From NCBI GenBank assembly GCA_045600445.1, contig JAZRXZ010000021.1, positions 42,577-106,576 on the forward strand: a stretch of DNA of 64,000 bases, given 5' to 3'. The position numbers and the translations under genes were made by a program. Below, one piece after another: positions 8,915-17,529 of the stretch. This DNA is from Bacteroidales bacterium (GTDB taxonomy: Bacteria > Bacteroidota > Bacteroidia > Bacteroidales > UBA3663). Below the pieces are notes generated by a model, which searched no databases, was not told where the DNA came from, and worked only from the letters and a program-made list of their open reading frames with translations. Each line of letters begins with the position of its first letter. Within the stretch, counting starts at the first letter, position 1.

Positions 8915-11080
8915 TTAGAACCAGATGTCCTGACTTGCATTCACAGTTTCCCAATCGGTGACGGTGGCAGTAACAGATATAGCTGTCTTACGCACATCAA
9001 GCGTATAGATATAATGTACCCCAGCTTCCCATTTACCATTAGGAGCCACCTTATCTGTTGTAGATCCAGTTTTGAGAATTGGCTCTATGTTAGCATAGTA
9101 GATATCTGTAGTACTATCGCTATTTGTAATAGTAACCTTGAAACGAAGATACTTCGTAGTAGAAGCTTCCGTCCAAGTCAATGCTTGTGGAACAATAGCA
9201 GAATGTCGGATATTAACGGCATCCACGCCATCTCTGGCGACAACTCCATCGATAGCATCGAGTGTATAATTGCCACGACTACCAGAAACCACAGATACTC
9301 CATTTCCTAATTGAATATCTCCAGTAGTATAACCGTCAACAACTTCTACTACAGCACCAGACAAATTCACTTGATCGGTACCAGTCGAGGTCTTTAGACG
9401 CACCTCTACCTGAGACATCATATACTTGAAGTCCAAAGTTATACTTCCCGTTGTAGCACAGATACCATATTTTGACTGATCGACCTTCTTATGATCAGAG
9501 GTTTCACATTGAGTTCCCGACGCGATCACAGGCATACCGATCAGGAGGTCTGAAGGGAATGACCCGCTTGCATACTTCACATTCTTGACTGCGATGACCT
9601 GGGCCAAGTTTTCTGAATTCTTCTTTACACGAGGAGCTGCCCAATCATAACTTGCATCTGCAGTTGTAACGGTATTAGGCCACACTCCACGGAAGTGATA
9701 GTGAGTCTTATGGTTTGGCCAATAAAGGACTGGGGTCATTGTCCAAGTGCTACCAAGAGTTCCTGTTGGCTTACTCTCTGGTGCATAATAGTCATTTGCA
9801 TTCTCAGTGAAACCCTTGCTATATTCTAAAAGATTGTTCTCTGCTGGTGTCGAAGCGTACGGATCACTGGCACTTCTATACAAGCTAAAACTTGTGAACC
9901 CATCTGGTGTGGCAGTTCCTGACCCTAAATAAGAGGTGCTGATATTAATGATAGGAGCTTCAGAGGCCGTAACTTCAGTCCATGCTATCACTGAAGCAGA
10001 CACATTGATAGAGGTCTTATTGAGCGTGACATTCAAGATATAATTCTTACCACGCTCAAAGACCTTATCGGTTGCAGTATTTGCGTCATTGAGATTTTTA
10101 GCTTTCACATAATAGATATTATCATCTGCATTGATCTTAATGAGGTTATCTGCATCTGCGAACTTATTACCTGGCATAATGAGGCCATTATAGGTAACGT
10201 TATAACTGGCTGTTGGAGTAGTTTTCTCCTTTAGAGTGATCACTCCTTTCGTATCGTCGCTTCCATTTTTTGCAATAGTCGTTCCTGCTTCTATATTTAC
10301 AGTACCGTTCAAGTAGGTTTCACAAACGGTTACTACAGGAGTTGCTGTAAATTCATTGTTTGCAAAGCCATTGCCAGCTTTAAGATTAACCGTAATCTTG
10401 CTCATCGCATGGGTAAACTCCAAGAGCTTACCACTATTACGTTCTGCAAACTTATACGCATTATCATTCTCCGCTGTAGAACTATAAACTACATTATTAC
10501 TTGTCAGCAGATCATATTTCTCCCATTCTGTTTCAGCAATACTCTGTGCAGTTGGAAGTTTCCAAGTATAGTCCGTCCAAGAAGTCCCTGGGGTTTCATT
10601 TATCGTAAGTTCATTTACTGCATTATTATTCACACCAGCGCCATAGATGGTCAGGCCTTCAGTACGTCCTACTATCGCATTATCAGGATCTGCCATACCA
10701 TAGTCATCCCAATACAAAACGGTTGAGAGCGTCAGGCTATTATGCTTACTATTAGTAGCAGTTTCTGCACCGATTGTTGCAATAGTCTGTTTTTTCACAA
10801 GATTTGTGATCTCTCCATGTTTCCAGGTGCCTCTAACGTCCAGAAGCATCTTAGCACCATTGTTAATAAGTACATGATTCGCATGGTTAGCGTCAGGATT
10901 AGCCACAGCTCTTGTCTCCACATGAGAGTACCCTCCACTGATACCAGCGCTGAGGACAATAGGAGAAGGCCCCTCTCCCTGTACTGAGCTAGTAGGTTCT
11001 GTGACGGCATCATCACTACATGCCGTAAGCATCGCGAACGCTACGCTTATATATATATAATGTGTAAGCTTCATTTGCAT
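8915..11080 (-). CDS. Double-module fimbrillin-family surface lipoprotein
   Basis: 721-aa ORF with lipobox AMLTACSDD and a VETRAV site. Motifs are LEFTHAMSKITVNLKAGNG and FKYMMSQVEVRLK. Module ends are VSASVIAWTEV and VTATVTDWETV, with THYHFRGV between the modules. Confidence 0.8.
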   Translation of the reverse strand: MQMKLTHYIYISVAFAMLTACSDDAVTEPTSSVQGEGPSPIVLSAGISGGYSHVETRAVANPDANHANHVLINNGAKMLLDVRGTWKHGEITNLVKKQTIATIGAETATNSKHNSLTLSTVLYWDDYGMADPDNAIVGRTEGLTIYGAGVNNNAVNELTINETPGTSWTDYTWKLPTAQSIAETEWEKYDLLTSNNVVYSSTAENDNAYKFAERNSGKLLEFTHAMSKITVNLKAGNGFANNEFTATPVVTVCETYLNGTVNIEAGTTIAKNGSDDTKGVITLKEKTTPTASYNVTYNGLIMPGNKFADADNLIKINADDNIYYVKAKNLNDANTATDKVFERGKNYILNVTLNKTSINVSASVIAWTEVTASEAPIINISTSYLGSGTATPDGFTSFSLYRSASDPYASTPAENNLLEYSKGFTENANDYYAPESKPTGTLGSTWTMTPVLYWPNHKTHYHFRGVWPNTVTTADASYDWAAPRVKKNSENLAQVIAVKNVKYASGSFPSDLLIGMPVIASGTQCETSDHKKVDQSKYGICATTGSITLDFKYMMSQVEVRLKTSTGTDQVNLSGAVVEVVDGYTTGDIQLGNGVSVVSGSRGNYTLDAIDGVVARDGVDAVNIRHSAIVPQALTWTEASTTKYLRFKVTITNSDSTTDIYYANIEPILKTGSTTDKVAPNGKWEAGVHYIYTLDVRKTAISVTATVTDWETVNASQDIWF

Positions 11081-11107
11081 TACAATTAAAAACTCAGTTT
11101 ATCAAAA

Positions 11108-13501
11108 TTACTCAATCACTACCTCATCGTCTGGTGTAGCTACAATATTCTCCCAATCAACAACGGTGGCAGTAATGTTATCAATACCCGTCTTTTTCAA
11201 TACGAACTTATAATAATAGTTCTTTCCAGGCAGCCATTCTCCAATTACAGTAGAAGTACCGTTAACGGTGTGGGTACTGAGATTCGGAATCTTATAGACA
11301 TTTCCATCTGCAGTTGTGATCTCCATGCCTATCGTCTTAGTAACACTTCCTTCAGTATAGCTCAATGGCTGAGGGACAACGCGATATGAATAGTCATATG
11401 CTGGTATTGCTGGAGGTCCTGCTACTGCATCATGAGCATCAGACTTCATAGCTGTACCCGCGCCATCATCATAATTAGACAATTCTGTCACAAGTCCATT
11501 ACCCATCAGGAGCTTTGCGTCTTTTGCATATCGCAGGATTTTTACAGTAGCACCAGTAAGATTTACAGGGTTTGCTATAGTAGTTTCAAGATCAACAAAG
11601 ATATTACTCATCATGTGATGCTGTATCAACGTGATATTGTCTTTCGTTGCGCCTATAGCCTTATAAATCTGGCCTGCAGCATTAGTTTCAGCATTGCAGA
11701 ATCCTGTAATAGTCGAGTATTCCAAATTACTATCCTTAGGCTTGAAAGGAGCACCCCAAAGATAGTCGTTATCATCACTAATAGCACCAGACGATATGCT
11801 TACATAATCCTTAGGTTCAGATCCGTCTGGCGTTTGTACAGTCAATCCCGTATTAATAGTGCGGAAATGGTAGTATGTATCATTATTCGGCCATACCCAC
11901 TGATTGTTGCTTGCATCCTTTGCTGTATAAACTGTGCCTCCTATAGCCGACTGGGTTAATGTTGCCTTATTACCAGTTACTGTATATCCTGTATTCCAAT
12001 CATATTTAGCCCAATCATTATAATTGCTACCATTATATGTATTAGGATCTTTTGCTCGATATAAATCTACCTGAGGATCTGCTGTATTAACCGCAGTTCC
12101 TTCATCTGTCTTCAATAAAAGATTCACATAAGTATTTGATGGGGTCAGTTCATTCGCCTCAACGTTTTGCCATGAGGCAACGGTAGCAGTAATATTATTA
12201 ATGGCAGTTTTACCAATGGTAAAAGTGAAGACATAATTCTTTCCTGCCTCAAGAGGAATATAAGTTCCGTTGTTCGTTTTCTCTGTTGCTCCAGTCTTTC
12301 CCGTCAGCACATTGTACAACATACCAGATGTGATCTGATACTTATTATTATCGATGGAAAACTCCATCATAACATTTGTTGCATCATCTTTTACAAAACG
12401 ACTATGATCGTCATGTTGAGGAGTATCATAGCCCTGCATAAACTCATCAATATTAGGAACAACAAGTGCCTCTAATACATGTAGTGTTGCAGTATTAGTC
12501 TTATGATAGATCGAAGGAATATCACTATGATTATTAATCTGTTGGAAAATACCTTGCTGAATGCTAAAAAGTCCTTCAGTATTAAAGTTTGTCAACTTAA
12601 TATTCGTTGAGGTAAACTTAAAATCCGAAGAAGCATTATCTCCAGTCGTGATAAATCCATCACCTTCTTTAATATTGATAGTGATTTTGGCCATAGCATG
12701 ATAAAACCTCATCACATTATCCGTAGGGAATGTGCGATTTGTGAAATCAAACTTCAGGCTTTTATCACTTCCACCAAGACCTGTACCGCCATTTTCTAAC
12801 GAGCTAGCATTATCTACCAGATTATTACTGAATAGCAAGTCCTGACACATGACACTAGTTTCACTTTGTGCTCCTCCATCATGATGACTTGCTTTCCAGT
12901 TAAAAATAAGTGGATAAATAGGAGTAGTTTTCCAAACAATATTCTCTGTCGTCTCGTAAGGTTGTTTCTTATATGGAGATGGAGGATTATCACTATTATC
13001 ATCCACGGCAAAAGAGCATTCTGTCCAAGACATTCCCTTCTGTGCATAAGCCCAAATATTCAGTTTTGTGCTTCGTGCATGTGCATCATCCCAATACTTT
13101 TGATTATTTTCATCAAAAGTGACAGACATTCCACTATTAGTGTCATCTTTCTTCTTGACATCTCCACGAGAAACAGTATACTTAGGGTCAAGTGCAGTCC
13201 CCGTCACCTGATAGTCAGGATGAGATGTATCATATACACTCTTCATGATCATGAAGATCTTTGTATCTACATCAAATGGCTCCATATTGTCTGTGCCATC
13301 AGTAATCACAGCACGAGTCAATATGTTGCTCTCCTCACCCCCTACAGATAAAACAATAGGAGTTTTCGTTACAATCTCTGGCTCTGGTTCTGGAACTGGA
13401 GGTGTAACGACATCTTCCACACCGCCCTTATCTGCACAAGCTGCGAGAGCGAATGCAGATGAAAGGACTAAAAGATTGATATATAACTGATGTTTTTGCA
13501 T
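11108..13501 (-). CDS. Double-module fimbrillin-family surface lipoprotein
   Basis: 797-aa ORF with lipobox ALAACADK and ILTRAV (R63, 41 residues after the Cys). Motifs are RFYHAMAKITINIKEGDG and LIQHHMMSNIFVDLET. Module ends are ITATVASWQNV and ITATVVDWENI, with TYYHFRTI between the modules. Confidence 0.8.
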   Translation of the reverse strand: MQKHQLYINLLVLSSAFALAACADKGGVEDVVTPPVPEPEPEIVTKTPIVLSVGGEESNILTRAVITDGTDNMEPFDVDTKIFMIMKSVYDTSHPDYQVTGTALDPKYTVSRGDVKKKDDTNSGMSVTFDENNQKYWDDAHARSTKLNIWAYAQKGMSWTECSFAVDDNSDNPPSPYKKQPYETTENIVWKTTPIYPLIFNWKASHHDGGAQSETSVMCQDLLFSNNLVDNASSLENGGTGLGGSDKSLKFDFTNRTFPTDNVMRFYHAMAKITINIKEGDGFITTGDNASSDFKFTSTNIKLTNFNTEGLFSIQQGIFQQINNHSDIPSIYHKTNTATLHVLEALVVPNIDEFMQGYDTPQHDDHSRFVKDDATNVMMEFSIDNNKYQITSGMLYNVLTGKTGATEKTNNGTYIPLEAGKNYVFTFTIGKTAINNITATVASWQNVEANELTPSNTYVNLLLKTDEGTAVNTADPQVDLYRAKDPNTYNGSNYNDWAKYDWNTGYTVTGNKATLTQSAIGGTVYTAKDASNNQWVWPNNDTYYHFRTINTGLTVQTPDGSEPKDYVSISSGAISDDNDYLWGAPFKPKDSNLEYSTITGFCNAETNAAGQIYKAIGATKDNITLIQHHMMSNIFVDLETTIANPVNLTGATVKILRYAKDAKLLMGNGLVTELSNYDDGAGTAMKSDAHDAVAGPPAIPAYDYSYRVVPQPLSYTEGSVTKTIGMEITTADGNVYKIPNLSTHTVNGTSTVIGEWLPGKNYYYKFVLKKTGIDNITATVVDWENIVATPDDEVVIE

Positions 13502-13589
13502 CGTATATATGTTTGTTTTATGATTTAATGACTTTCGTCAATTTTTGATCGATTATTTCAACGTCGCGTACACGATGTCAGTATTCTTG

Positions 13590-13822
13590 ATGCAGGATGT
13601 GCTCACAGAGATTCGTGCAGTCCCTTCCTGCTTGCGGGAAGTGTTCCCAGTGATTCGTGCGGACCCTTCCTGCTTGCGGGAAGTGCTCCCAGTGATTCGT
13701 GCAATCCCTTCCTGCTTGCGGGAAGTGCTCGCAGTGATTCGTGCGATCCCTTCCTGCGAGAAGGAAGGGACGCCGTGCATGCAAGACATCCGTTCTTGCG
13801 TGCAGGATAGGACGGCACGAAT
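13590..13822. repeat. Tandem repeat array A: four 42-bp units plus a terminal 9-bp-stem hairpin and an inverted end motif
   Basis: ATTCGTGC recurs at 13611, 13653, 13695 and 13737, an exact 42-nt period. Each unit contains CCCTTCCTGCTTGCGGGAAGTG (CTTCC/GGAAG arms). The last unit ends in a perfect hairpin TCCCTTCCT-gcgaga-AGGAAGGGA (13747-13770). GCACGAAT, the reverse complement of the unit motif, lies at 13815-13822. The array sits in the 331-bp gap between two pilin-like genes. Confidence 0.9.
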
Positions 13823-13832
13823 TCAGATTAGC

Positions 13833-16244
13833 TTAGTTCTCAAGATTGATGTCTGTAGAGCCAGCGGTGACGGTTACCCATTGAGCTACAGAAGCCGTGA
13901 TATTTTCAATCTTGGTCTTTGAAAGCTTGAAAGTATATGTATAGGTATGATTTGGATACCAGCGAACAATCGCCTCATCTTGAACATGCTGCTGACCAGC
14001 CTGAGCTCCGACAACAGAAGCAGTTATCTTTGACAAGTCAGCCTCAACATAGTAGGTATTGCCATCCTTTGTGGTGATGGTAATACCGACGAGCTCTGCT
14101 GTTGTTGCAGCACCATCTCCAGTATGGCGATTCAATGCCTGAGGAATTACAGAACAGGTAAATGGCTTTGTCATAGGACTTTCTGTTTCCCAATAATCTG
14201 ATGAACCTGGGGCTTTAGTTGGAACTGAACCATCAACAGTTGAGCTAGGTGTAATCAAACCAGTTCCCATATCTACAGTTGCAGTAGTTGCAAGACGTGT
14301 AATGGTTACTGTTGTACCTGCAGAAAGATCAACCTTATCTGTACCAGTTGTGGTTTCCAAAACGATATTCAAGTTGCTCATCATGTGTAGCTCGGTGATC
14401 TTAATATCACTCTCAGTAGCAACGATACCTTGATGGAGGCTTGATTCATAACCCTTATCTACATCATATTTCAAAGTAGCACCATCGCCTGCACCAGCAC
14501 TTGTTTCTTTCTTCATAGGAGCACCCCAATGATAATCAGGAGAATCAGTACCTGCAGTCATTGTAAAATAACTCTTGCTGTCAGTAGTATTCTGAATATT
14601 TCCATCTTTAACGGAATTTCCTTCTGAATCTTTTGAATTAGCAGCCAAAGCATTTAACGTACGGAAATGATATGCGGTACTATTGTCTTTATAATACCAA
14701 TCTGTCTGATACTTACTAGCATTAGGAGCTGCCATTGTAGAAGTAGTTGCTGCACCTTCTGTCTTATAATCACCGCTATAATTAGTTGCAGTATAATTAT
14801 CGGTTGGCTTAGTTACAGGGGCTGTCAAAGTCTCTGCAAGACGATAGAACTGGAAACCTTCAGAACAAACAGTTCCTGATGCCGAGTACAAATCAAAGGT
14901 TACATGAGAGTTATTCATAGACAAAGAACCCTTAACTTCTGCCCAAGGAGTAAGTGTTGCGGTAATAGCAGCAATTGCGGTTTTGTTTACGGTAATTGAG
15001 AAGTTGTAATTCTTGCCTTGCTCCATAGAGATAGGACCAGTAGCACCAGCCAACATGCCATCGCCATCATTTGCGTCATACGAATTATTACCATTCTTAT
15101 CGTATGTCAAAGCGTCAAACAACATGTCCTGAGTTACATAATAGGTGTTTCCATCGATAGTAAACTCCATTACGTTGGTATCATCGCCATTTGTAAAGAC
15201 ATATTCTGGGAGCATCTGTGCCACATAAGTACCAGATGCATCTGTTTGGTCTGTAGTTTTTGCTAGAACATCAATATTCTTAACATTATCATTAGTTGAA
15301 CCAGCAGTTTTGTTAATGGTCCAAGTTCCAGTAGCAATATTTAAAGTACCCTTAACATACATGTTTAAGAGTTTTATATTTTCCGTAGCAGTTTTGAACT
15401 TAAAATCAGAACCTACACCTGCAGTAAATCCTTCTCCTTCAACCAAAGTAATAGTCATACGTGATAGTGCGTGGTTGAAGACAAGATGACCACGGTCAAA
15501 GTGACCAGGAGCACTGGTTAAGTCCTTAGTAGCGGCATCGGTATCAGTCATACCATCCTGATAGAAAAGCATCTGACCATCCTTATGTCCATTACTCCTA
15601 CCATTATTTTCAGGGTATGGATATCGGTAAATACCATTTTTTCCACCACTTTTAATATTATTACTATAAACTAAATCCTCAAGATCAATAGTCTTAGTTG
15701 GAGTATTTGCATCCGGAGCATCTTTTGTCTGTGTTCCTGTTGTAACCTGCCATGCTATGGTATTTGTGTCATCAGTACCCCAAGTAGTTTCTCCTGTATT
15801 TAGACCTGAGTTAATAAGCTCCTCCAAAGTTTTTTCATTATTCTTTAAGGAGTTACCGCCATTAGGAATTGCTACAGCATATACAGACAATAATGACTTA
15901 CGACCAAATGCATCATCCCAATAACGCTTATCACTTGTATTAAAAGTTACATCCGAATAATCATCTACACCAGAACCACCAACGGCAGCGGTGGCTACTG
16001 TTCTTGTATATTTGGCATTTGTTGTATTTCCTTTCTCGTTACCCTGAATACGCATAACCAAATGCGTAGCAGAACCTGTAAAACCTGCACGAGTGCTAGC
16101 CGCTCCATCGCTCAGCGAGAACGAAATCATCTCTTTCTGAGAATCTGGAATAGGTTGATCTACTGCGTTGACCTCATCATCGCTACAAGAGGGTGCAGCG
16201 AGAAGTGTGGCGGTGATTGCCAATGGATAGATGTACTTTTTCAT
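13833..16244 (-). CDS. Double-module fimbrillin-family surface lipoprotein
   Basis: The track ORF runs to 16412, but the signal peptide MKKYIYPLAITATLLAAPSCSDD starts at Met57 (cat at 16242-16244). The longer version would overlap the upstream gene. It has an ASTRAG site and the motifs LVFNHALSRMTITLVEGEG and ITELHMMSNLNIVLET. Module ends are ITATLTPWAEV and ITASVAQWVTV. Confidence 0.8.
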   Translation of the reverse strand: MKKYIYPLAITATLLAAPSCSDDEVNAVDQPIPDSQKEMISFSLSDGAASTRAGFTGSATHLVMRIQGNEKGNTTNAKYTRTVATAAVGGSGVDDYSDVTFNTSDKRYWDDAFGRKSLLSVYAVAIPNGGNSLKNNEKTLEELINSGLNTGETTWGTDDTNTIAWQVTTGTQTKDAPDANTPTKTIDLEDLVYSNNIKSGGKNGIYRYPYPENNGRSNGHKDGQMLFYQDGMTDTDAATKDLTSAPGHFDRGHLVFNHALSRMTITLVEGEGFTAGVGSDFKFKTATENIKLLNMYVKGTLNIATGTWTINKTAGSTNDNVKNIDVLAKTTDQTDASGTYVAQMLPEYVFTNGDDTNVMEFTIDGNTYYVTQDMLFDALTYDKNGNNSYDANDGDGMLAGATGPISMEQGKNYNFSITVNKTAIAAITATLTPWAEVKGSLSMNNSHVTFDLYSASGTVCSEGFQFYRLAETLTAPVTKPTDNYTATNYSGDYKTEGAATTSTMAAPNASKYQTDWYYKDNSTAYHFRTLNALAANSKDSEGNSVKDGNIQNTTDSKSYFTMTAGTDSPDYHWGAPMKKETSAGAGDGATLKYDVDKGYESSLHQGIVATESDIKITELHMMSNLNIVLETTTGTDKVDLSAGTTVTITRLATTATVDMGTGLITPSSTVDGSVPTKAPGSSDYWETESPMTKPFTCSVIPQALNRHTGDGAATTAELVGITITTKDGNTYYVEADLSKITASVVGAQAGQQHVQDEAIVRWYPNHTYTYTFKLSKTKIENITASVAQWVTVTAGSTDINLEN

Positions 16245-16279
16245 ATTTTGTTTTTTTATTATCGAGATAGAATTGTCTG

Positions 16280-17512
16280 TTACTTTTCGAGGTCGGTGCT
16301 CAACGAGCCAGAGATGTCTTGCCATGGCTGGAGCACGCAGGTGAAGTGGATCGGACGAGGATCGAAACGCTTCAGAACGATATAATAGGTGTAGATGGTG
16401 TTCGGCTCCCAAGTGAACTGTGTGGTGGTTGTGTTGTCTGGGAGAACGAGAACTATGTGCTCGTCATGATAAGTGACGTCACCGATCTTGAGCGATACGG
16501 TCATCTCTACATTCTGCTGTGGCATCTGAAGCAATCCGTCTGGCACTTCACACATATAAGCCTTGGCCTGCGAGGTGCACTGGTTGATCTGACGCTTCAC
16601 GTCGGGAGTAGTAGATCCGATGGCAGCAGTGAGAAGTGTCACGCCAGCGTCGGTGGTAGTCTTCGGTCCAAAGGCTCCGTCCATCATGCTGCCGGTGGTA
16701 AGGCCGGTGGCTTCATAGCCTTTGGCATCGGTGACGAAACCGCTGGAGATTACCTTGACCGTGACATCGCTGATAATTCTTCCGTCAGAGATGCTGGCTG
16801 CATCGTCATCGTCGCAATAAATACCAAAGCGCACTTTAGAGGTGAGATGGTGGAATGGCAGAGCGACAGAGCGGTTGAGCGTAGCGCTCGAAGTGTTGAT
16901 CTGCACAGGATTGCCGTCTGCATCATTGATGACATGGTCGAGGTCCTTGCCTGCTCCATCGCGTGAAACCTGTGCTACGAGATATGGCTCGGCCTGGGGT
17001 GTTGGCATAGACAACGTGCCTTCAGCGGCCGTCTGATAGCTGTAAGTCACCGTCTGTGGGATGGTGAGTTTCTGACCATCGAGCGTGAAGTTAGCAATGT
17101 CAGTATGTGCAGGACAGGGTGAGATGGCATGGAAACGATAAGGGAAATTATTGAAGTCCCAGTATCGCTCAATCTGCCTCTGGTAGAAAGATTCTGGCTC
17201 ACCGATGTAGCACCACTCTGAGGTACCATACCAATCGTTTTGCTTATACTGAACTTCATATTTGCCCATCACATCCTGTTGTTTGCTGCCAGCAAAAGCC
17301 TTCCAGCATGAGACGAGGAATCCCTGATTGAGGGCGCTGCCAGCACGGGTGCCAGCCTGCTCGCTCACATTATAGGAGGTGAAGCGCATCAGTTCGTTGC
17401 TCTCTGGTACAGAAGCCTCAGGCTCTTCGACAACTGAGTCAGAAGAGCAGGCAGATGCCAGCAGCGCAACGGACAGAAGCCAGGGAGATATTTCAGGACG
17501 AGAAAATGCCAT
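16280..17512 (-). CDS. Fimbrillin-family surface lipoprotein (single module)
   Basis: 410-aa ORF with lipobox LLASACSSD and an AGTRAG site. It has the motif LPFHHLTSKVRFGIY and the C-terminal strand FTCVLQPWQDI. It is visibly more GC-rich than the genes to its left. Confidence 0.75.
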   Translation of the reverse strand: MAFSRPEISPWLLSVALLASACSSDSVVEEPEASVPESNELMRFTSYNVSEQAGTRAGSALNQGFLVSCWKAFAGSKQQDVMGKYEVQYKQNDWYGTSEWCYIGEPESFYQRQIERYWDFNNFPYRFHAISPCPAHTDIANFTLDGQKLTIPQTVTYSYQTAAEGTLSMPTPQAEPYLVAQVSRDGAGKDLDHVINDADGNPVQINTSSATLNRSVALPFHHLTSKVRFGIYCDDDDAASISDGRIISDVTVKVISSGFVTDAKGYEATGLTTGSMMDGAFGPKTTTDAGVTLLTAAIGSTTPDVKRQINQCTSQAKAYMCEVPDGLLQMPQQNVEMTVSLKIGDVTYHDEHIVLVLPDNTTTTQFTWEPNTIYTYYIVLKRFDPRPIHFTCVLQPWQDISGSLSTDLEK

Positions 17513-17529
17513 GAACAGGAATTAGGAGA

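Noticed and set aside
13590-13822. Tandem array A considered as a CRISPR array
   Set aside because: The units are contiguous 42-bp repeats with no unique spacers between them, and no cas genes are in the window.
13545-13922. ORFs spanning array A (13545..13922 +, and 13553..13789, 13578..13784 and 13603..13818 on the minus strand)
   Set aside because: All are open only because a stop-free 42-nt (14-codon) unit is repeated. They encode repetitive low-complexity peptides in several frames at once. They have no signal of a real start or context.
16245-16412. 56-codon N-terminal extension of the 803-aa pilin gene (track ORF 13833..16412)
   Set aside because: The extension overlaps the 3' end of the upstream gene and precedes a perfect lipoprotein signal peptide that starts at Met57 (16244).
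16319-16966. Long plus-strand ORFs antisense to good genes (16319..16966, 11432..11959, 26780..27385, 56018..56674, 58834..59517, 12866..13351)
   Set aside because: Each lies entirely within a longer minus-strand gene that has strong family motifs. The predicted peptides are low-complexity or Cys/Arg-rich, with no recognisable domains.
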